From assembly GCA_944391535.1 (NCBI GenBank), contig CALXTY010000002.1, positions 1 to 57,359 of the forward strand: 57,359 nucleotides of DNA, read 5' to 3'. The notes beneath the pieces are model-generated. The model was given only the letters and a program-made list of their open reading frames with translations, was not told where the DNA came from and ran no database searches. Origin of the DNA: an uncultured Alphaproteobacteria bacterium. GTDB taxonomy: Bacteria; Pseudomonadota; Alphaproteobacteria; CAAGCB01; CAG-977. The position numbers and the translations under genes are program-made. Positions 1 to 12,724 of this stretch are shown one piece after another (position 1 is the stretch's first letter; every line of letters begins with the position of its first letter).

Positions 1-462
1 TTTTATCAAGGTGTTCGTCCGGCGGTGAACGTGGGTATTTCCGTGTCTCGCGTAGGATCTGCGGCGCAGATCAAAGCAATGAAGCAGGTGGCGGGTTCAA
101 TCAAGCTCGAATTGGCGCAGTATCGTGAAATGGCGGCCTTTTCTCAGTTTGCTTCGGATTTGGATCCTGCGACGCAAAAATTGTTGAATCGCGGATCGCG
201 TTTAACGGAATTACTGAAACAGAAACAATATCATCCGATGGCGGTTGAAGAGGAAGTTGTTTCGATTTTTACGGGGATTCGCGGATATCTGGATGATTTA
301 CCCGTCGAAAAGATTTCACGTTTTGAAACAGAGATGTTGACGCAATTAAAAGCGACGGTGCCGACGGTGTTGGAATCCATTCGCGAAGAAAAGGTTTTGA
401 CGCCTGATGCCGAAGACGATTTGCGTTACTTTTTGGACGATTTTATCAAGAAGTTTTCTTAG
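1..462 (+). CDS. atpA: F1 ATP synthase subunit alpha, C-terminal part (5' end outside window)
   Basis: Frame 1 is open from base 1 ([32 protein letters not shown]...), the conserved C-terminal region of F1 alpha. It is followed by gamma, beta and epsilon. Confidence 0.9.
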   Translation, partial: FYQGVRPAVNVGISVSRVGSAAQIKAMKQVAGSIKLELAQYREMAAFSQFASDLDPATQKLLNRGSRLTELLKQKQYHPMAVEEEVVSIFTGIRGYLDDLPVEKISRFETEMLTQLKATVPTVLESIREEKVLTPDAEDDLRYFLDDFIKKFS

Positions 463-479
463 TTTTGTAAGGAAAAGTT

Positions 480-3090
<2,611 letters not shown>

Positions 3091-3498
3091 ATGGGAGAGC
3101 AAGATACAATCTTTGTAAAAATGCTGATTCCGCAAAAGCCGTTTTTTGTGAAAGAAGTGTTGAGCGTTGAAATTCCGGCAATTGAGGGGCCTTATTTAGT
3201 TTTGCCGCGTCGTGCGCCTGCGATGAAGTTGCTCAAAGACGGTATGGTGACGTTAACCGATGCGGATCAGACGAAAAAGGAGAAATACTTTATTTCGTCC
3301 GGAATTGCTAAAATTCGGGATAATGCTTGTACGATTTTGACGCATGACATTTTAGGTTTGGAAGAAGTTGATCCGGATAAGATCAAAAAGGATCTGATTA
3401 TGTATAAAGAAAAAGAAAATAAAGAAACGCACTTGGACGAAATTGATCAGAAACGAGTCGCGTTTCTTGAAATGATAGCAGGGTATTTTGCGAAGTGA
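3091..3498 (+). CDS. atpC: F1 ATP synthase subunit epsilon
   Basis: 135 aa, ATG immediately after the atpD stop. Position in the operon and size fit epsilon. Confidence 0.8.
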   Translation: MGEQDTIFVKMLIPQKPFFVKEVLSVEIPAIEGPYLVLPRRAPAMKLLKDGMVTLTDADQTKKEKYFISSGIAKIRDNACTILTHDILGLEEVDPDKIKKDLIMYKEKENKETHLDEIDQKRVAFLEMIAGYFAK

Positions 3499-4936
3499 GC
3501 TTTATCTTAAATCAGATCTGAAAGAAAAAGGAAGATCCCTTTTAAGTCAAAGGGAAGAAAGAGAAAATCGCGTTTTTAAACTCAAAATTTTACGTTGTTT
3601 TAAAGAAACGTGGAAACTGGCGATACCCGTCGTGATTGCCCGATTGGGAGCCGTTGGTATGGCTTTGGTGGATACGGTTTTTGTCGGTCGTTACAGTACG
3701 CAAGATTTGGCATATCAAAGCATTGCCGGAACTTTGCATACCTTGTTTTTATCTGTGGCCATGGGGCTGTTGCAAGGAACGATCGTTTTAACGGCGAATG
3801 CTTTCGGTCAGTCGAAATATCGTGAATGCGGAATGGTCTTGAGACGTTCCATACCGTATGCCTTGTTGATCGGTTTTATATTGATGGTGATGTGCCTTCC
3901 ATCTGAATTTGTGATGAATTTATTGGGACAGCCCGAAGACGTTGCGCAAGGCAGCGCCAAGGTTTTATCCGTTTATGCTTTGGGAATGCCTTTTGCATTG
4001 TTGTTTTTCGTGATGTCCTCTTTTTTGGAAGGAACAAAGCGTCCTCTTCCCGGTATGGTGATGATTTTACTGGCAAATGTGATAAATATTTTTGCCAATT
4101 ACGCTTTTGTTTACGGTCATTACGGCTTTCCGGCAATGGGAGCCGTGGGGTCGGCAGTCGCGACGACGCTCATTCGCGTTATTTTAGCGGTGGGTATGTT
4201 TATCATCGTTTTCTGTATTGATGAAAACGATTTGTACGGCGTTTGGGTAAAACCTGAAAAAAACAAAGCGGAAAATAAAAAAATACGAGATGTCGGTTAT
4301 GGTGCCGCCGCAACGATCGGCGTGGAAGAAGGATCTTATTCCGTTGTCAATATTATGGCCGGTTGGTTAGGCGCAATGGCTTTGGGCGCATATACGATTA
4401 TGCTGAACGTTTCAACGAATGTCTTTGTTTTAGCCAGTGGTGTCGGCACGGCATCCGCCGTGTTAATGGGGATTGCCAAAGGGAAAAAATCCGTGTTGGA
4501 AATGAAAATCGTCGGCTATACGGGATTGATTTTTAATTTAGCCATCATGTTGCTATGTTCTGTTTTCTTTTTGGTGTGTCCGGAGTTTATTGCCTCCATT
4601 TATACAAAAGATCCCGAACTGGCAAAAATGACCGTTCCTTTAGTCATGATTTGTTCTTTATTATGTATTTTCGACGGCACGCAACAGGTGATGGTCAATA
4701 TTTTGCGCGGTGCGGTGGATATTTTGGTTCCGACCGTTTGTCAGGGAGCGGCTTTTATATTTATTATGTTGCCTTTGATTTGGCTGTTTTCCTTTAAATG
4801 GGATCACGGCGTGATGGGCATGACCTATGCGATGATCGTTGCTTGCGCTTGCGCGGCGGTGTTTTTGATTATACGTTTTGTTTTAATTTGCAGACGTTAT
4901 GAAAAAGAAGGCTTTGACCGCCGGACGTCAGTATAA
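3488..4936 (+). CDS. MATE family efflux transporter (start uncertain)
   Basis: About 12 predicted TM segments. N-terminal pattern WKLAIPVVIARLGAVGMALVDTVFVGR is typical of NorM/DinF-type MATE proteins. The TTG start from the ORF track overlaps the atpC end. Confidence 0.75.
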   Translation: MRSELYLKSDLKEKGRSLLSQREERENRVFKLKILRCFKETWKLAIPVVIARLGAVGMALVDTVFVGRYSTQDLAYQSIAGTLHTLFLSVAMGLLQGTIVLTANAFGQSKYRECGMVLRRSIPYALLIGFILMVMCLPSEFVMNLLGQPEDVAQGSAKVLSVYALGMPFALLFFVMSSFLEGTKRPLPGMVMILLANVINIFANYAFVYGHYGFPAMGAVGSAVATTLIRVILAVGMFIIVFCIDENDLYGVWVKPEKNKAENKKIRDVGYGAAATIGVEEGSYSVVNIMAGWLGAMALGAYTIMLNVSTNVFVLASGVGTASAVLMGIAKGKKSVLEMKIVGYTGLIFNLAIMLLCSVFFLVCPEFIASIYTKDPELAKMTVPLVMICSLLCIFDGTQQVMVNILRGAVDILVPTVCQGAAFIFIMLPLIWLFSFKWDHGVMGMTYAMIVACACAAVFLIIRFVLICRRYEKEGFDRRTSV

Positions 4937-4944
4937 AACGTATC

Positions 4945-5790
4945 TTACGGACGAATATTTGTTTTTTTCAGGAAAGCTTCGACGGTGTTTTCCAACAGCA
5001 TGGCGATTGTCATGGGGCCGACGCCTTTTGGAACGGGTGTGATCGCACTGCATTGATCAAAGCAGTTTTCAAAATCGACATCTCCGCAAAGCTTTCCGTC
5101 TTCGGTTCGATTAATCCCGACATCAATGACGATGGCTCCTTTTTTGATCCAGTCGGCGTTAACGGTTTTGGGTTTTCCGATGGCGGCGACCAAGATATCG
5201 GCGTGGCGGCATAGTTCAGGCAGATTTTCTGTTTTGGAATGAGCTATTGTGACCGTGCAATTTTCTTTAAGTAACAGTTGAGCGATGGGTTTTCCGACGA
5301 TCACCGAACGCCCGATGACAAGAGCGTTTAAACCGGTCAGATTTTGTTTTGCCAATCGGATCAGTTTCAGACAGCCTTTTGGCGTGCAAGCGACCGGAGC
5401 CGGTTCGCCGATCATCAATTTTCCCAGATTTAAGGGGTGGAAACCGTCAACGTCTTTTGCGGGATCAATGGCTTGTAAAATTTCTTTTTCATTCAGATCG
5501 TCAGGCAGAGGCAGTTGAACTAAGATTCCATCGACCTCCGTATCATTATTGAGATCGGAAATTAATGAAAGAAGTTCTTTTTGAGAAATCGTATCGAAAC
5601 GATAAACGACGGATTGAATGCCGACTTCGGCGGCGGCTTTTTCTTTATTTTTGACATAAACGGCGCTGGCGGGATCGTTTCCGACCAAAACGACGGCCAG
5701 TTTGGGGGCGCGCGGCAGAGTTTTTATTTTTTCCGCCAACTGTTCTCGGCATTGTTTTGCCAGTTCGAAACCGTTCAATAATAAAGTCAT
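4945..5790 (-). CDS. folD: bifunctional methylenetetrahydrofolate dehydrogenase/cyclohydrolase
   Basis: 281 aa with conserved FolD blocks (VLVGNDPASAVYVKNK, GILVQLPLP, DVDGFHP, GRSVIVGKP, PVPKGVGPMT). Confidence 0.9.
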   Translation of the reverse strand: MTLLLNGFELAKQCREQLAEKIKTLPRAPKLAVVLVGNDPASAVYVKNKEKAAAEVGIQSVVYRFDTISQKELLSLISDLNNDTEVDGILVQLPLPDDLNEKEILQAIDPAKDVDGFHPLNLGKLMIGEPAPVACTPKGCLKLIRLAKQNLTGLNALVIGRSVIVGKPIAQLLLKENCTVTIAHSKTENLPELCRHADILVAAIGKPKTVNADWIKKGAIVIDVGINRTEDGKLCGDVDFENCFDQCSAITPVPKGVGPMTIAMLLENTVEAFLKKTNIRP

Positions 5791-6089
5791 TCTGTCCTCG
5801 TCAGTTTTTCGACCAAATCATCCGGATCGCCGGAAATCAAAAGTGTTTTCGACCGGTCTGTTTCTCCGGTGACCAAGGTAATGGAAGTTTTTGCGATATG
5901 CAAATATTTTGCCAGCCATTTCATCAAAGCATCATTGGCTTTACCGTCGACGGGCGGAGCTGAAACTGCGATTTTTAACCGTTCTGTTCCTTGAGGATCT
6001 TGATAAATTCCTTCAATGCCTTCGCGTTTGGCTTTAGGAGACAGTCGGATGAATAATTTTATTCCGTTTGGCGTTTTTTGTAGAAACAT
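5787..6089 (-). CDS. DUF167 (YggU-like) protein
   Basis: 100 aa with the PPVDGKANDAL motif typical of DUF167. Adjacent to yggT, as in many bacteria. Confidence 0.7.
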   Translation of the reverse strand: MFLQKTPNGIKLFIRLSPKAKREGIEGIYQDPQGTERLKIAVSAPPVDGKANDALMKWLAKYLHIAKTSITLVTGETDRSKTLLISGDPDDLVEKLTRTE

Positions 6090-6409
6090 CAGGAAGTCAT
6101 TCTTGCCAGTTGAAGGAGAAGATTAGGAATGAAAGTCTGTAAGAAATACAAAGCGATCAAGCCGATCAAAGGGGAAAAATCGACCATACCCGCCGCAGGA
6201 ATGAACTTGCGGAAAAAAGCGAAGTAAGGTTCGGTCAGACGTTTAATCGTGTCACAGATCAAACGAACGGTGGAATTGTATGTATTCAAGACGTTGAAGG
6301 CTTCCAACCATGACAGGATAACGGCGGCGAAAATGATATAAGTATAGTAATGGATCAGCAGATAGGACGGATAAGCCAGAGCTTGAAAAAAAGAAGACAA
6401 AATGGACAT
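6089..6409 (-). CDS. YggT family membrane protein
   Basis: Small multi-TM protein. I chose the start at ATG 6409 (MSILSSFF...) just after the rsmA stop at 6412. Conserved yggT-yggU pairing. Confidence 0.65.
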   Translation of the reverse strand: MSILSSFFQALAYPSYLLIHYYTYIIFAAVILSWLEAFNVLNTYNSTVRLICDTIKRLTEPYFAFFRKFIPAAGMVDFSPLIGLIALYFLQTFIPNLLLQLARMTS

Positions 6410-6411
6410 GA

Positions 6412-7248
6412 TTATTTCTCCAATAGACGCGCCATAGCGCAAAAATCTTTAACGCTGATTTCTTCCGCGCGTGCGCTGAGGGGAACATTTGCCGCGGCGC
6501 ACAGTTCTTCGGGATTGCCGACGGATTTCAAAGACGAACGTAACATTTTTCTGCGTTGATTAAAAGCGGCGGCAGTAATTTTTTCCAATAAGTCTATACG
6601 CGCATCAGCCAAAGGTTTTGAACGCGGCTTCAGGAAGACGACAGCTGAAGTCACTTTGGGCGGCGGTGTAAAGCAGCTTGGCGGAACCGTGAACAGGATT
6701 TCAGCTTCGCACAGCCATTGTGTCAGGATTGACAGGCGTCCGTATTCCGGTGTTTTGGGTTGAGCCACCAGCCTTTTTGCGACTTCTTTTTGAAACATCA
6801 AAGTCAAGGAAGAAAAAGAATTAATGTTCTTCAGCCAACCGGTCAACAACAACGTTCCGACATTATAAGGCAGATTGGCGATGACGGATCTGGGTGCCGA
6901 TCCGAGTTGTTCCGCTTGAACTTTCAAGGCATCTTCGTTAAGAACGGTTAAACGTTGCGGATAAGCCTCTTGAATGTCTTGTAACAATCCCAGACAACGT
7001 TCATCTTTTTCAATGACGGTTAAATGCTTGGCACCGTTTTCCAAAATGGCTCGTGTCACACCGCCGGGGCCGGGTCCGACTTCGATGACCGTCCCTTTTT
7101 TAAATGGATCCGGATCGCGTTGTTTGGCGCTGCGCACGATTTTATCCAACAGATTGGTGTCCAAGATAAAATTTTGCCCCAACGTTTTTTTGGCCGACAA
7201 GGAATACTTGGCGATGACTTCTTTTAACGGCGGTAAAGATGCGGTCAT
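6412..7248 (-). CDS. rsmA: 16S rRNA (adenine1518/1519-N6)-dimethyltransferase
   Basis: SAM-binding VIEVGPGPGGVT, NLPYNVGT motif, 278 aa. Downstream of surA as in the lptD-surA-(pdxA)-rsmA cluster. Confidence 0.9.
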   Translation of the reverse strand: MTASLPPLKEVIAKYSLSAKKTLGQNFILDTNLLDKIVRSAKQRDPDPFKKGTVIEVGPGPGGVTRAILENGAKHLTVIEKDERCLGLLQDIQEAYPQRLTVLNEDALKVQAEQLGSAPRSVIANLPYNVGTLLLTGWLKNINSFSSLTLMFQKEVAKRLVAQPKTPEYGRLSILTQWLCEAEILFTVPPSCFTPPPKVTSAVVFLKPRSKPLADARIDLLEKITAAAFNQRRKMLRSSLKSVGNPEELCAAANVPLSARAEEISVKDFCAMARLLEK

Positions 7249-8465
7249 TGACGGATCTCCGTGACGGATTCTCTTCTTAATTCGCGCAAACGTCTTTGCG
7301 CCATTGTTTCCAGACGTTGGGATTCGATTTGCATACGAATGTTTTCTTTGTCAGGCAATATCGAAATTTCTTCTTTTGAACACATCATAAAGATCAATGC
7401 CCCGCCATCAATGGGGAGAGGCTGACTGGGTTCAAGCAAGGCCGTACGATTGAGCACCGAAAAAATGGGAGAGGGTAATTCGCCCAGAGGCACTTTCCCC
7501 AGATCGATGCGCGGAGTTGTTTTTAAGTCTTCGGAAATGGCTTTAAACTGAGAACAGGATCCTTTGGCCATGTTCAAATCGCGTATGACGGTTTGGCGTT
7601 GTTTTGCGCTAAAAGAGTCCGGTAAAAAGATCTGCATTAAATGGACGACGGTTTGCTTGTCGGGGGTATCTTCAGGATCCCGTACGGCGTGCAATACAAA
7701 TAATTGATATCCTTCGGGTGTTTTTATCGGAGTACTCAGCTGTCCCGGATTCATGACGGACAATTCTTCTTTAATGGCGGGGGTCAACATTTCTTCGGAA
7801 ATCCAGCCCAGCAGGCCGCCTTTTTGCGCGCTGGGAGCTTTGGAGTATTTTTGCGCGATTTCTTCAAAGACTTCCCCGTCGCGCATACGCATAATCAATT
7901 GCATCGCCAAACCGTAAGTTTCATCTTCTTTTTCTTCATTTTCGACAGGCAGAAGGATTTCGGAAAGCAAGTATTGTTTTTGATTGATTTGTTTTTTTAT
8001 TTCTCCGATTTTTGCTTCCACTTCACGATCGGAGACTTCTCCTCTTAGTCCGGCATTTTTTTTAATGGCGCGGATGTAAAGCAAATCGCTTTTGATCTGA
8101 TCTTCGATCACGGAAAGAGGCAGATTGTTTTGTTTGAGTTGCCGGCGTACTTTGTCATAATCCAACCCGTTTTGTTTTAAAGTGATTTTTACGGCCTGTT
8201 GGATTTCTTCTTCGGATATTTCAATGCCGGCGGCGCGGGCTTCTTGTTGTTTTAATTTTTCATCAATCAACTGTTTTAAAATTCTGTCTTGAATCTCTTT
8301 ATCGGAAATATCCGCTTGTCCGGTCAATTGAATGAATTTCAATCGTTGTTTGAAATCAAGTTCGGAAATAATGTCATCATTGACCTGAGCAATGATTTTC
8401 GTTTGCGCCAGAGCTGTCGAAAAAGAAAGAACAACAGAGCATAAAATCAGCAAAAACAAGCGCAT
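7245..8465 (-). CDS. surA: SurA-like periplasmic chaperone / parvulin-type peptidyl-prolyl isomerase
   Basis: Signal peptide, SurA N-domain-like helical region, parvulin motif KGGLLGWI. Located between lptD and rsmA. Confidence 0.75.
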   Translation of the reverse strand: MRLFLLILCSVVLSFSTALAQTKIIAQVNDDIISELDFKQRLKFIQLTGQADISDKEIQDRILKQLIDEKLKQQEARAAGIEISEEEIQQAVKITLKQNGLDYDKVRRQLKQNNLPLSVIEDQIKSDLLYIRAIKKNAGLRGEVSDREVEAKIGEIKKQINQKQYLLSEILLPVENEEKEDETYGLAMQLIMRMRDGEVFEEIAQKYSKAPSAQKGGLLGWISEEMLTPAIKEELSVMNPGQLSTPIKTPEGYQLFVLHAVRDPEDTPDKQTVVHLMQIFLPDSFSAKQRQTVIRDLNMAKGSCSQFKAISEDLKTTPRIDLGKVPLGELPSPIFSVLNRTALLEPSQPLPIDGGALIFMMCSKEEISILPDKENIRMQIESQRLETMAQRRLRELRRESVTEIRQ

Positions 8466-8480
8466 AAAAAAATCCTTATA

Positions 8481-10589
8481 TTACATATTGAAAGCACCGA
8501 AGGGTTTAAATTCGACTCCTAAACGGAAGGTAATACCGTTTTCATAGTCGCGGTCATAAGTATAATCTTTTTCAATTCCCGTTTCCAACACGAAGCACTC
8601 ATCTTCATAGCGCAGATATCCGGCTGTTTCCAACAATCCTCCGCCCTCGGAAAGATTGATGCGTTGATTGAATTTCAAAGTCCAGTACTGTGTTAATTTG
8701 GATTCAATGTAATAGATCAATTCTTCACGCGTATTATAAGCCGAATATTCGGAAATGGAACTTTTCAGGTTCATATAACTGGCAGAAACCCGCAAGAGAG
8801 CGTTTCCGACGGATAAGGAGACATCGCTGCGATTTAAGTCCAAAGATTTGCGATTCATGCGAAAAGCGTAATTCAAACTGATGAATGCGTTCGGATTAAT
8901 GCTCAGTCGTCCCACAATATCGGAAGCCTGATCGACGAGCCCTGAATCCGGCGGAAAGATATCAGAATGTGTAAATCTGTAGCTTTGTCCGATCAAAGCG
9001 GAAATATACCCTTTTTTATGACCGTACAAGCTCCATTTTAGTCCATAGTTTACTCTGGATCCCGGTTCAAACATATCGAAACCGACGAATCGTCTTTCGG
9101 CGAACAGGTTTGTGTCGTCAAAATCCAGATCGCTACTGTCGTCGTTGGGAATTTTATCCGAGTTTTTAGAGTTCGGAGCAACAACGCCCATAACGATCGG
9201 TTCAAGGATTTGATTATACGTTTCTCCGACTTTAACAAAAGGATAACTGATTTTTAAGGAGGCTTGCGGATTAAAAGCCGCGACGTATCCTGAAAACATT
9301 TTGTTTTGTTCGGGAATAAAATAATTTTCAATTTTGTATCCGCTCACCAAAGCCGAAGCGTCAAAGCTGTAAGCGGCTCCCCAATCGGTTATTCCCGGCA
9401 AATGCCACCCTGATTCAAACGACAAGCGAGAGCTGTCGTTTCCCAATTTACGTGTCAGTGTTGCGGACGACACGTCAAAAGTCCAATAACCGCCGTTTTC
9501 TTCGGGAGACGTTGTATGAGAAAACTGCATTAAAGGAACGGCTTCGGGAATGGTGTCGTCATTAACGTCGGAACGCATATTTTGATAGAAGGTTCCGCCG
9601 AAGGAAAAATAACTTTGAGCCGTCAAGGCTTCGATTTTGGCGTCAGACTTCAACCACGGCGCATAAGTATCATCGCTGCGGATATCATAACGACGCAGAT
9701 ACGTATCGTCGGAAGCGTGATCAATATTCAGGTTGGCTCGCCATATATCGTTGATATGCCAACCGGCGTTTGCCACGATGTTATATCTGTTTTGCCCGTC
9801 TTGACGGATAAAGGAACCGTTGACGTTCATTTTTCCTTGAGAAAAATTATGGCGCAGATCACCGCTCCACAGAACCCCTTTTGTTGCGATCCACGGCGAA
9901 AACAAAAAGTCGGTATAAGGGCCGATTTCCCAGTAATAAGGCACGGTGACACCGACGCTCATGGCTCTGTTGGACTTTATTCCCGGCATCAGGAATCCTG
10001 ATTTTCTTTTAACCGTCGGATCTGGATATGAAAAATAAGGGACATACATTACGGGGACATCGGCGATCGTCATTGTCGCGTTATGAGCGGTCATGTTTTT
10101 TGCGTTTTTGTCATGGGTCATTTTTTGCGCTTTGATTTCCCAGAATCTGGAACCGTTTTCACAAAAATCGCAGGAAGAATAAGCGACGTCTTCGAATTCG
10201 GTGAAATTGCCTTGAATATGTTCGGCTGATTTCGCCGTTAAGACGGATCGATCCGACAGAGTGTATTCGATTTTACGGATCAGTCCTTCTTTAAGATCTC
10301 CGGACAATTTAGCGTAATTTCCGCGCATCAACCCGCCGTCGGGGGTATAGATTTCGACATTTCCCGTAGCGATGACTACCCCGTCGATTGTGTCGTAGTT
10401 GATATGGTCGGCGCGTAAAGACGATTTTCCTTGAGTGAAAGTGACGTTCCCGCGGGCGATGATTAAGTTCATTTCACGGTCGTAAGTCAATTCGTCAGCC
10501 GAAAAATCGACGGGCAAGTCTTTATCCGAAGCGGCAACCGTTCGGGAAAAAAGCAACATCGCCGCAAAAATGATGCCGAAGAGCTTCAT
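8481..10589 (-). CDS. lptD: LPS-assembly outer membrane protein LptD
   Basis: 702 aa with signal peptide. N-terminal OstA-like region (ADHINYD, GNVEIY) and a large beta-barrel. Synteny with lptF/G and surA. Confidence 0.85.
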   Translation of the reverse strand: MKLFGIIFAAMLLFSRTVAASDKDLPVDFSADELTYDREMNLIIARGNVTFTQGKSSLRADHINYDTIDGVVIATGNVEIYTPDGGLMRGNYAKLSGDLKEGLIRKIEYTLSDRSVLTAKSAEHIQGNFTEFEDVAYSSCDFCENGSRFWEIKAQKMTHDKNAKNMTAHNATMTIADVPVMYVPYFSYPDPTVKRKSGFLMPGIKSNRAMSVGVTVPYYWEIGPYTDFLFSPWIATKGVLWSGDLRHNFSQGKMNVNGSFIRQDGQNRYNIVANAGWHINDIWRANLNIDHASDDTYLRRYDIRSDDTYAPWLKSDAKIEALTAQSYFSFGGTFYQNMRSDVNDDTIPEAVPLMQFSHTTSPEENGGYWTFDVSSATLTRKLGNDSSRLSFESGWHLPGITDWGAAYSFDASALVSGYKIENYFIPEQNKMFSGYVAAFNPQASLKISYPFVKVGETYNQILEPIVMGVVAPNSKNSDKIPNDDSSDLDFDDTNLFAERRFVGFDMFEPGSRVNYGLKWSLYGHKKGYISALIGQSYRFTHSDIFPPDSGLVDQASDIVGRLSINPNAFISLNYAFRMNRKSLDLNRSDVSLSVGNALLRVSASYMNLKSSISEYSAYNTREELIYYIESKLTQYWTLKFNQRINLSEGGGLLETAGYLRYEDECFVLETGIEKDYTYDRDYENGITFRLGVEFKPFGAFNM

Positions 10590-11758
10590 ACTTTGGAAGG
10601 ACTCCTCTTTTCCATCAGTTTTTTTACAAACGCGTTGGCGCGTTCGGCGAAGAGTTTCATTTTTGTAAATTTAAATTCACCGGCATGTTTAAGGACATAC
10701 AAGCAAATAAAGATCGGAGCGATTGCCAGGACATACAGCAAAGGAACGAAATACAGGTTTTTCATGCAAAGATTTTCAACGCCCAACGCGGCGATTTGCA
10801 CACCTGCCATGATCAAGACCGTTACGATAATGCGTTTATTATGACCTCGTCGGTTAAAGTTTCCTGTCAGCAAACCGGCGGCGGCGATCAGCATGAACGA
10901 AAGGTTGTAAAACGGCATGGACAAGCGTTTAAACCCTTCCATTCTGAAACGGTGATACGTTTTATCGTTTGGCAGTTGATTGCGCGGCGTTGTCAGCAGT
11001 TCTTTCAAGCTGCGTTCTGCGGGGTTTTTAAATCGGCTGGCGGATTTGTCTTTGTTTGAAACGAAGTCCAGATTGTAATAATCGAAATAAAGGATGGAAA
11101 ATCGTCCTGTTTTATTTGAAACTTCCTGACGGGAACCGTTTTTCATGGAAATTTGAGGAACGCCGTCTTTATAAACGATATTGCCTTTTTCCGCCAGCAA
11201 AGTGACTTGACTGTCCGGATTGTGTTGATCATGCAGGATGATGCCTTCCAAAGACCCGTCACCGTTTTTATTGCGGATATAGACGGTAATGCCGTCAGTA
11301 ATGTCGTTAAATTCGCCTTCCTGTATGAGCAGATGAGAAACGTCATGTTGAACTTTCCAACGCATTTCTCGGAAATTTGCGACGGCGTGGGGGACGAGGA
11401 TCAAAGAAATATAGAAGCCGATTAAGGTAAACAGGATGCCGATGGTTAATACAGGTTTGGCCAATTGCATGGGGCTCATGCCGGCGGCGCGCAGAATGAT
11501 CAATTCGCGGTCTGTGATCAGCCGGTTGTATGTGAACAAAGCGACGGCGAACAAAGCGATCGGAGAAATAATTGCGAGATAGCTGGGGATCAGCATCATG
11601 GTCAGGCGGACGAAAAGCCAGATCGACACTTTTGAGTTCAGCAGCATATCGAACAAACGCAGGGACTGAGACAACCACACGATCATCAAAAGCCCCGAAG
11701 TGATCAGGAGAAACCCGAACAGCATTTGTTTTAAAATATATTTCGTAACTATTTTCAT
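10586..11758 (-). CDS. LptF/LptG family LPS export permease
   Basis: 390 aa YjgP/YjgQ-like with 6 TM plus a periplasmic domain, motif DRELIILRAAGMS. It overlaps the lptD start by 4 nt. Confidence 0.8.
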   Translation of the reverse strand: MKIVTKYILKQMLFGFLLITSGLLMIVWLSQSLRLFDMLLNSKVSIWLFVRLTMMLIPSYLAIISPIALFAVALFTYNRLITDRELIILRAAGMSPMQLAKPVLTIGILFTLIGFYISLILVPHAVANFREMRWKVQHDVSHLLIQEGEFNDITDGITVYIRNKNGDGSLEGIILHDQHNPDSQVTLLAEKGNIVYKDGVPQISMKNGSRQEVSNKTGRFSILYFDYYNLDFVSNKDKSASRFKNPAERSLKELLTTPRNQLPNDKTYHRFRMEGFKRLSMPFYNLSFMLIAAAGLLTGNFNRRGHNKRIIVTVLIMAGVQIAALGVENLCMKNLYFVPLLYVLAIAPIFICLYVLKHAGEFKFTKMKLFAERANAFVKKLMEKRSPSKV

Positions 11759-11794
11759 AAGGCGGAATTATAGCGTCAAGAAGCTGTTTCGTCT

Positions 11795-12724
11795 TCAATT
11801 TTTTGAATTTTTTTCAAAAAAATCGATATTGGCCAGAGGATGATTTTTTTCGACGGTATTTTTTAAACGATTGTCGAGGATATGTGTGTAAATTTGAGTT
11901 GTTGCGATATTGGAGTGCCCCAACATTTGCTGAACGGTTCTTAAGTCGGCGTTGTGTGCGATCAGATGGCTGGCAAAAGAGTGGCGGATCACGTGAGGCG
12001 ACACGCGTTCGCGATCAATGCCGGCGATTAACGCCAAGGACTTTAATTCTTCGAAGAATCCTTCTCGGGTCAGATGCCCGGTTTTTCCTTTTGACGGGAA
12101 AAGCCAACGGGATTCACGGCCTTTGGGCAGTGTTTTTTCCCGAACGGGTATCCAGTCTTTCAAAGCTTTTTTCGCGGCGTCCGTCAAAGGAACCATTCTG
12201 TCTTTGCTGCCTTTTCCTCGAACGATTAAAAAGTTTTCTTTCACGTTTGCGGTGGCGGCGGGCAAAGAAATCAGCTCTGAAACGCGCAAACCGGAAGCGT
12301 ATAAAATTTCCAACAGTACTTTCATTCTGTCTTTTTTAGGCGATTTCAGTTCTTCGACGGCATTGAACAGGCGATTGATTTCTTCTTCGGACAGGTATTT
12401 GGGCAAGGATCTTGCCGTTTTTGGGGAATCCAAAGCATCAGTCGGGTTGTCGGTTCTGATTTTTTCCGTATAAAGGTATTTGTAGAATTCTCGCAAAGCC
12501 GAAATACGCCTCGCCTGCGTTTTTGCGCTTAGCCCTCTTTTGACCAAAGAAGACAGATAAGTTCTTAATTCCGGCAACATAGCATTTTCAAAAGTTCTGC
12601 GTTTGGAATCCAAAAATTCGCCGAAATCTTCCAAGTCGCGGGTGTAAGCGGCAATTGTGTTTTTGGCGGCTCCGCGTTCGGCCGTAATCGTTTCCATAAA
12701 GGCCGAGATCAATCCTTTATTCAT
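11795..12724 (-). CDS. xerD: site-specific tyrosine recombinase XerD
   Basis: N-terminal ERGAAKNTIAAYTRDL. Catalytic region HVIRHSFASHL...LGHSNIATTQIYTH. 309 aa. Confidence 0.8.
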   Translation of the reverse strand: MNKGLISAFMETITAERGAAKNTIAAYTRDLEDFGEFLDSKRRTFENAMLPELRTYLSSLVKRGLSAKTQARRISALREFYKYLYTEKIRTDNPTDALDSPKTARSLPKYLSEEEINRLFNAVEELKSPKKDRMKVLLEILYASGLRVSELISLPAATANVKENFLIVRGKGSKDRMVPLTDAAKKALKDWIPVREKTLPKGRESRWLFPSKGKTGHLTREGFFEELKSLALIAGIDRERVSPHVIRHSFASHLIAHNADLRTVQQMLGHSNIATTQIYTHILDNRLKNTVEKNHPLANIDFFEKNSKN

